This document shows, in pieces, positions 55,576-64,000 of a DNA stretch of 64,000 bases. A program made the translations under genes and the position numbers. Under the pieces are notes generated by a model. The model made no database searches. It worked only from the letters and a program-made list of their open reading frames with translations, and had not been told where the DNA came from. This DNA is from Octopus bimaculoides (taxonomy: Eukaryota). The stretch is from the NCBI RefSeq assembly GCF_001194135.2, contig NC_069001.1, positions 3,448,991 through 3,512,990 on the forward strand, in the 5' to 3' direction. Position 1 is the stretch's first letter. The number at the start of each line of letters is the position of its first letter.

Positions 55576-56609
55576 CAATAACAACTGAACTGAATTGCTA
55601 AATTTAAAGTAGATTCAGAGACAGAACATTTGATGAAAATAACTGCTCCTCTTGAATCACATCCAACAGATAGCGCTAGAAAACTGTGATGGTGATGTGG
55701 CTATGATTACTGCCAATGATCTTTATCAATGACCAGAGTGGTCATTGATAGTAGTGATGGTAACAGTAGTAGTCAACAATGAAGGTGAAAACTGCAGTTA
55801 TTGATAACAGTTGTGGTGGTGGTGGTGGTGATGATGGTCGTCGTCGTCATCATCGTCGTGGCAGTAGTGATGGTGGTGGCGGCAGTAATTTTTTTTTTAG
55901 TTAATGTTTTCTGTGGTCTTGCTGATGATTGTGGTGACTTACAGTCACGGCGGTTGTGACAATAAGAGTGGTGATGATGGTGAGTTCTAGTGAGATCATG
56001 ATGCTAATGATGGTGGTGATGATAATGATGCTGCTGTTGATGATGAAGAGTTTAGAAGCTGTCAAATTGCTTTTAGATAACTTCAAATTTTAATACATTC
56101 AGGAACTGATTTAATCCTTCCATTTCTGTGGCATTGTGTTTCTCTATTAAATATTTATTTTCATTTTAATACAAACCACATTTAGAAAGATAAGATGGGT
56201 AGGAAGAGGCATTCTTGTATGGTTTTTAATTGAATAAAAGTAGGGGTTACGCGTATAAAAAAAAGGGACATATAAAAACAAGTGCATGTATGAAGGGATA
56301 AGTTATAATAGCTGCATATATTAATAAGGGTAAATGAAATAAAATCTTATGAAGTGATGCTTATGTTACAATAACAATGTAAATATCATATTTTTCAAGG
56401 GGACAAGACAAGCTCCCATGAAAGGCTGCATGCCTTTTCAATTCTCAGCTGAAATGAAGTCAAGTCATTTATACAGCTAAGCTTTGTAGAGAAAATGTGA
56501 TTGTCACAACACCACAATTCCCTATAATCAAAAATTTAAGTAAAATATTCCTTTTCAAGCACAGCAGAATAAGATATAAGCTCTGATGAATAAGTAATAT
56601 ATTCATCAC

Positions 56610-56647
<38 letters not shown>

Positions 56648-57399
56648 GTTGCACCCTTTGCTGTATCAGAGGGATTTTATGAACTTAAGCCATATTAGCT
56701 CATTGGAGTTTTATAAGCAGTCTCTTTTTTCACACTGGACTCAACACCAGTATTTCACAATAACCTTACTTTTGATATGATATTTGTATGTGTATGTTAA
56801 ATTTACCAAGAATAATTATATAAATATATTTTTATTATTCTTTTCCTTTTAAAGAAACAACTTCTCAATCATTTTGTATGTAATAAATAGGCTAAAAATA
56901 AAATTTTCACACACATATATATATATTCATACACCTTATACATATTATACCTATCTTACACACACACCTGATGCTTACATCTTAACTGCCTCACCCATCT
57001 TGAGTGATAAATTCTAACCTCAAGGTATGTGCACATGTGTGCATATGCATAAGTATTAGTGTGTGTGTGTGTGTATGTGCTTGTAAGCAAACAGGCATGT
57101 GTGATTGTGTTTGCATGCATGTGTGTGTGACTGTGTGTACATGATTGTGTCTCAATATATATATATATATGTGTATGTATCTGTTCATGTGTGTAAATCT
57201 AAATATATTTTTCAAATTGATTCCGGAAAGAAAAACAAGATGCTGTGATGTTAATACCTTTTACTATAAAGTTCCTTTAGGCATGACAGAGCACTAACAA
57301 CCATCTTAGGGAACAGTAGCATATCCATTCACTATTGTTATGTGTGTGTGTGTGTCCATGATCAATAGATTTAGCATATAATGGTCAAGTCATTGTGTA

Positions 57400-58025
57400 C
57401 GATAACTTATAAGCCAACAAAGGAACCTCTGTATGGTCATTCATCCTACTAGAAATGGCAGTCAAATCTAACTAAAGCAAAAACACTAATAAAAGAAGGA
57501 CACATTGGATAATGTTAACCAGGAGCTGCACAGGGCCTTTGAAAAAGACAAAATGGTCACAGCTGGGATATTTGTGATCATAGGTCAGCTTGACCAGGGT
57601 AGATCTAGGGCTAAAAACAATAACAACACCTTATAAATTGATGAATGAATTAGAAATAGCAGCTAAATTTCCTTCATATTACATTGTACCACCTTAAAAA
57701 AGAATAAATTAGATAAAGTTCTAAATATTTAAAAAGACAGAATGGTCATAACTGGAACGTCTTTGACCATGTCTGCTGGTTCCGGTCTAAATGGTAAACA
57801 ACAACAGCTGATCACTGTATAAAGTACTTCAATGATATACAGTTCACCTAATTCTAAGTAGCTACCACAATGAAGTAGTCTTTTAGGGACTTCTACACTG
57901 TCACTGACCTACTAGAAATAGCAGCCAACTCCCACTTAAGTCACAACATCTTAAAAAGGAAAGGACACATTAGATGATTAGTCCTAGATATATTGTGTTT
58001 GAATAAAAAAACTAGATGGTTGTGC
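57400..58025 (+). mobile_element. Head-to-tail trimer of family C interspersed repeat
   Basis: Repeated gacctactagaaatagcagc.aaa..ccc..aaaaaggaaggacacattggataatgt..gatggtcacagctggaa..tttgatcatagg..gggctaaacaacaac. Other copies lie near 1100, 4080 (-), 10460 (-), 18610, 24350, 38030, 47370 (-), 49760 (-) and 54730. Confidence 0.7.
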
Positions 58026-58309
58026 CTTTAGATTGAGTGAAAACAAAAACTATCTATTGATTGAAATATAGTATAAGTGGTAGCACAAAACAGTATGTGT
58101 TACAGCAGGTGTTGAATTCTTAAATTATAAATAGTTTATCCAATGGTCTTCCACACAGTTTCTGCCTACCAAGGCATGATTAAGAAATTTGCCTTACAAT
58201 CATGATGTCCCAAGTTTTATTCCACTGTGTAGTATATTGAGAAAGTATCTTTTACTATAGCCTTAGTTGATCCAAGCCCCAGATGCATATATATAAACAC
58301 AAACATGAA

Positions 58310-58359
<50 letters not shown>

Positions 58360-61300
58360 TGTGTTATATTACGCGCACACACACACACACACACACAACC
58401 GGACATGTTCATACACACACATGTAATGAACACCTAAAACATAGAAGAAAGAGTTGTTGATTCAAAAGAAATTAAGCAAGCATGAAAAGCATATAATATT
58501 GTGTTTTTATTAGCAGTCCATCAAGTGATAAAATGAAGAGCTTATAAGTCTTTCTTATGTTATTGTTTGTTACTTAGTCTGAGAATGGTAGCATCATAAT
58601 ATATCATCTTTCCAGACAGACCATAACAGAGGAAAACTAATAATAGCTGACTGCAAACATATTCAGTAAAAGAAGCTAACCACTTGATATATTTTAATCT
58701 ATCATCAATACACAACAGGTTAGTGTTTAGAAATTACCGCTAAAGTACAATTAGTTACAACAAAGGTAAAATCCATAATTGGAGGAAATCAGCAAGGGTC
58801 TGTGTCAACAAACAAGTAATGAAAGAGGAAATGTGGTTGTTAAAGTAAATGTAGTTCGTTATCATGAGGAAAGGAAAAAGGTTTGATGTTTTTGGCTGTG
58901 AACTTTTATCAAGGAAGGAAAGACAGAGTTGTGTGTTTTGTTATCAAGTGTTGTGATGGTAATGAAGACCAGATGTAGATAGGTAGAACATGATTTCTGA
59001 GTCTTGTAGTGGAGATAGATGATGGGCTGTAATGTTGGACATGTACACTGAAAGTGAAAAACAGCAACAGAATTGGTGGCCATGTGCTAAGTTAGTGTGT
59101 GTCTGTACATACATCAAGGTGCCGCACAGTGAGATTGAACCCAGATCCATGTAGTTGGGAAGCAAACTTCTTTCCACACAACCACGCCCGATTTTCTTTT
59201 TTTTTTTCTTTTTCAAAAATTCACTATGGGTATAATTTTAATTGATTAAAATTTAACTTCTCTTAATCACTCCTGACTATCCTTATTTACTGTGGGAAGA
59301 TCAAAGATGATTTGCTGCAACTTGCATTATAAAATATCATTAGAATAGAGTTGTATGTAGTTTCTGAAGAGGTACTTCAACTAGGATAAGGTTAGCAGTG
59401 CTTCCAACAGTTAATTCTTTTTTTTTTATCAAGTGTAAACTACACATCATTTAGATAGGAGAATGATGTGTGGTTTACTCTTGTGAGATGATTTGATCAA
59501 GTGTAATACTGCAAGATAATGAAACAATCAGTGGTTATTTGGTGTCAATACCACAGCATACTAGCAGTGTTGGTGGTGATGGGGTGTGAACCATTAACTT
59601 TCTAATTGGCAAGTCAGTTCACTTTCAACTTATAATGAAACAGTAGAAGTGAAGGTAACCAGTGGTGGTCTTTGTTGCCAAACAGAAAATACAAATAAAT
59701 TAAGTCTTCAAACATTTACAGAATGAAATAAGTTGGGGTTTTTTTTTTTTGAAAGAGGAAGAAATCTGACCTCTCTATAGGCATGTGTGTAATAAATATG
59801 ATAATTTAGCATTGGTAGTAATGTCATAATTCTACTCTTCTACATGCTAAAATTAACTTATTCTGCATGGTGAACACTTTTAACATAGTCAATGATAATT
59901 TTTCTTTATTCAATCTTTTTTGGTTAAACTTAGGGGTTTCTCCTATTTACAGTCATGTAATACTGCCCTCAGAATGCATCAAAGAAGAATCATCAAACCC
60001 TAACCAGAATAACAAATGAATAATATCAATGTTAAAATACTTTAAAATTAGTGTAGCTACATACTGGACCAGCTAGCTATGTTATCAAAAATTTATTTTA
60101 AGTATTTTATGAATATCAATTTCTCTGTAAGTACATTTAAAAGCCAATCATCGGTTCATTGCACTTTTGACAGCAAGAAAGTGTCTACACAACTCAGGTG
60201 TTCAAAAAATATTGGGGTTTCTTGATGATCTTTTATCTTCTATCTTTTACTTGTTTCAGTCATTAAACTGTAGCCATGCTGGGGCACCACCATGAAGAAT
60301 TTTTAGTTGAATGAATCATTACCAGTGCTTTTTCTTTTTAAAGCCAGATACTTATTCTATCATTCTCTTATACTGAACCACTAAGTTACAGGGACATAAA
60401 CAAACCAACACTGATTGTCAAGCAGTGGAGGACAAACACACACACACATACATATATATATACATACAGAGTAAGATTGAAACTGGGAAAGTGAACTTCC
60501 AAACCATATTGCCATGCTTGCATTTATGGTATTCATAGGTATCATAAGATACTACCCTTGTAAGTAAAAAATAATGCGTATTGTTTAACAACCGATGTCT
60601 CCATCAGGATACTAGGCAGGCTGCAATCTTACCAAAGGTCAGCAGGAGAAAGTTGAATATGCAATGAATACTATTATCATTATTATTATAAAAGACATGC
60701 TAAAAATGGCACCTCGATATCTCTTGGAGTTATAGCAACAATCAATCAATATGGAATATATATAATTTGCCTGATTAATAAACTCTGTGTCAGTAACAAC
60801 CAACAAACTCTGCTCCAGACTACTCAGACATAATAATAAAAAACAAAACTTGCCAGCAACAAGTCCATTTATTGATAAAGGTAATCTTGTTTCTGGCTGG
60901 TGTAAACATTCTAGCGTATAGGATTTCACATTGTACAGTAAAACAATATCAGTCACCATAGAAACTTCATGGTAGAGAGAGAGGAAAAGAGAGAGAACGA
61001 ATGGTAGATTTTGATCTGAAGGGTTCAAAAAGTGAACTGAAGGATTGTTATTCATCAATTATTCTACGTAGCCTGTGATCCAAACTAGGGTCCAGGATAT
61101 AATAGCAAAGCTGAGCAAGACAACTGGAGGTTCTGATCTTACTTAAGCTGAATACTGAAGTTTTCTTCCCCAGACTGATAGGAAAACTTGAAGTCAGTAC
61201 TGCAATCTGATGAAATATCTTATAGTTGTAGAGAGTTTCCACTCCTTACCATGGAGCCTATTTACTGTAAGATGTATTTACAAGTGCTAGACATGGCACC

Positions 61301-62086
61301 TATTTGGTACTGAAATGTTAGAATGCATGTAATTTTTACCAATGGGTTATACAGTGTTCTAAAGTATACATTTAAAAGATGTGTACTTTGAAATGTATAC
61401 ACAGAGAGTAACTTAACTTTTTCAGACAAAATCCAGCAATAGCAGAGTTAGTGGCAACAATAGAGTACAAGGTTTAATGGGATATCTTTTGAGTATTAAA
61501 TTTGTGAACAGCTATTTCTTATTTCATATCCTTCTAATTGAAATAATTGCTTGAAACTATACTGAGAGAGGGGTTGATTTAATTGAATTTAAAGTTGGCC
61601 TTGTTTGTGTCTAGTCATGAGGACAAAAAATACAATTCAGTACTTAGTTCATGGCCACTCGTTTCTAAGTTCAAATGTTGTCAGGATCAACATTGATTCC
61701 CATCTTACAAATGAATTTATGCTAATCTCTACATAAACTTACCCTGCATATGATCAACAGATGTATATTATTAATAATAGTTAAAGACATGCTAAATGTA
61801 AACAATACTTGAGTGATTAATAGGATTAATACAGTCACTACCATTATGGCTAAGGTTGCCATACAGCAGATTAAATTGATATTGGTCTTCAAACTATTTT
61901 CATTTCTTCACTGCATAATTCTAATTAAAATTTCAGAGTTGTCACCCCTTTGTCTTGCTTCACTGGATTTAACTAACATTGTAACAGTAATTTTAACAAG
62001 ATTTTTTAAATTTTTTTACTTCATAAAGTATGTAATCACCCATTATCTTTGTAGTTATGTTAAGAGTAAGCAACTTGTATACTTAC

Positions 62087-62173
62087 TAGTAATGGTAATA
62101 CAATTGTCCAATTTTGGAAGCAATTTCACCTATTTGCCATCGTTTCAATCCATATTTGGTATCGAGGACTTGT
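62087..62173 (-). CDS. SCAI: SCAI internal coding exon (87 nt, phase 2 to phase 2): (R)QVLDTKYGLKRWQIGEIASKIGQLYYHY(Y)
   Basis: Minus strand reads ttatttgtttgtttcttttcag|ACAAGTCCTC...CATTACTA|gtaagt, with a canonical polypyrimidine acceptor and consensus donor. The peptide is nearly identical to the SCAI motif RQVLDNRYGLKRWQIGEIASKIGQLYYHYY as I recall it. This exon is not in the ORF track. Confidence 0.93.
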
Positions 62174-63899
62174 CTGAAAAGAAACAAACAAATAACAATA
62201 TAATGTAAGTATTTATTCCATATACAAGTATACAAAACAAGCCAATTATGCATGCACTTTTTAGCAATGGGTCATTCAGCAGTCCAAAGAATACATTTAA
62301 AAGGTGTGTGTTGTGTTCTTTAGCTCCAGATCAACTTTGATCCAAGTCTGCTAGATCAAGGCTGACCACAAGACGGCTGAAGTAGGGCTAGCCAATACGT
62401 AGAAGTAACTCTTACATTACAAAGATTAACCTTCCTATTAATCAATGACTAATTTACAATATGTGAATATTTCTGTCTGAAATAGGAGTTTCAGGATTTC
62501 TACCTTCATTCCCTTGTTGTCAGCACTAAAAAGGTTTTGGCCATAATCCACCAGTAGTCCTCTTGGACAAAGCTGACAGACAATGGGAAGTGTACTGGGA
62601 TTAGTTTGGGTTAATAGTGAGCTTTAAGAGTCTAATATAAGGGAATTGTTGTTGAAGAATTAGTGTGGAAAATGACAATGATGATGGCTGTAATGATAAT
62701 TGCAATGGTGGTGATGATTGTAATGGTGGCACTGTACTGGTGGTGCTGACAGTAAAGGATGATGGTCAACGGATAATGATGATGATGATGATGATGAAGA
62801 GGAAGAGGTGGTGTGGATTGGTGGTAGTGGTGATAATGATAGCAATGGCGATGATAATTGTATTTCATCAAATAGAAAGTTGGAAGTCTTCAAGTGACAC
62901 TTTAGGAAATGTTTTAATGTGGATCTTTGTTGATTCTGATAAGAAACGAGAAAAAAAGAATTTTACATTGGTAGAATTTTGAAAAACAGTGGAAATGTCA
63001 TTGTGATACAGGTGTATATGTATGTAACATATGTACTACTATAAGGTTAGGCGAGTGTGTGTATATATGTGAACTATATGAATAAAAGATGCATGTGTGT
63101 ATGATAACCGCAGGAATAATAGGTGCATTCATGTATGTGCGTGGTGTGTGTGTGTGCATGTGTGTGTGTGAAATATACAAAGACACTTATATGTAAGTAT
63201 ATATAGACATATTTACAAGTATACACATACACACATACAAATTCACACACATTTAAGTAAATATATACACATATGCAAATAGACACACAGATATACAAAT
63301 ATGTGTACACACATACAAACCTATATTTATTTGTGTGCGTACACACTTGCATATGTGTGTGTTTTTATATATGTGCATGTATTTGCATATGTATATGTAT
63401 AATTATAAATCTGTATATTTTTGCATATGTCTGTGAGTACAAAAGAGAGAGATAAAAGAGTTAAGAGGTAGATGGTACAACAATTGGTAAAAAGATAATA
63501 ATAAATACAAGAACATGAAATTGGTATAATAAGACAAGCAAAGAAAAATAGAAATAACTCCAAAATACAAAATCCTCAAACAGTCGGTAAAAAATGGTAA
63601 ACAACAACAATAATGACAACAACTAGTAAACCATTAAAAAAATAAATAGGAGAAAGCCATTTCCTAAAAATACATTGCATGAAAAAAAAGACAAATCACC
63701 ATTGAAAAATCATTGTAGTAGATAGAGCTGTGTGTGATGTGAGGATCTGAAGTATTAGTTTCTTACTGAGATCTACTGAAGTGGAGAGAAGAATATTTAT
63801 CTTTTGAGATAGCTCCCCTCCCCTCCTCTGACTTTGTACATAGAAATCCACGAATTCTACATCAGAAGTGACACAGACCTCTCCTTCTCTCATACACAT

Positions 63900-63916
63900 G
63901 CACATACATACATACA

Positions 63917-63947
<31 letters not shown>

Positions 63948-63962
63948 TAAATACTCTGCTAG

Positions 63963-64000
<38 letters not shown>
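63900..64000. repeat. (TACA)n followed by (TA)n microsatellites
   Basis: Directly visible. Confidence 0.95.

Larger units (their letters stand above)
34033..62086 (-). other. SCAI: SCAI intron, 28,054 bp, GT-AG, phase 2
   Basis: Bounded by the two SCAI exons, whose peptides are directly contiguous in the known protein. Confidence 0.88.

Noticed and set aside
60639-61058. 139-aa minus-strand ORF
   Set aside because: No recognisable domain and no relation to SCAI. The opposite strand has only a faint piggyBac-like LAGVN motif, too weak to call.
61048-61242. ORF with CLAQLCYYI resembling SCAI KIGQLYYHY
   Set aside because: Superficial similarity only. The true exon is at 62087-62173.

Overview
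AT-rich eukaryotic genomic DNA, dense in microsatellites and SINEs, with several N-gaps flanked by (TA)n/(CA)n runs. The repeat families resemble those I know from octopus, so the source is probably a coleoid cephalopod (inference). The only host gene I can support is SCAI (suppressor of cancer cell invasion) on the minus strand. Two internal coding exons are visible (62087-62173, 87 nt; 33934-34032, 99 nt), separated by a 28,054-bp intron. They splice in frame to RQVLDTKYGLKRWQIGEIASKIGQLYYHYY-LRTSETNYLNESFSFYSAIRMRAYYSKANKEDR. The next expected SCAI exon is not visible in 1-33933, so the whole window is probably intragenic. The introns hold decayed Tc1/mariner transposases, RTE-like LINE ends, several SINE families (some in tandem or inverted arrays), a hAT-like MITE and at least five degenerate minisatellites. 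The most notable observations are a candidate 15-nt microexon with a UGC-rich 3' splice site (2818-2832), a ~750-bp foldback element with ~168-bp inverted arms around a tandem array (36736-37484), and a perfect 61-bp hairpin at the 5' end of a young retroposon (53324-53458). Apart from the SCAI exon and the transposon relics, the ORFs in the supplied track look like microsatellite or repeat artefacts.
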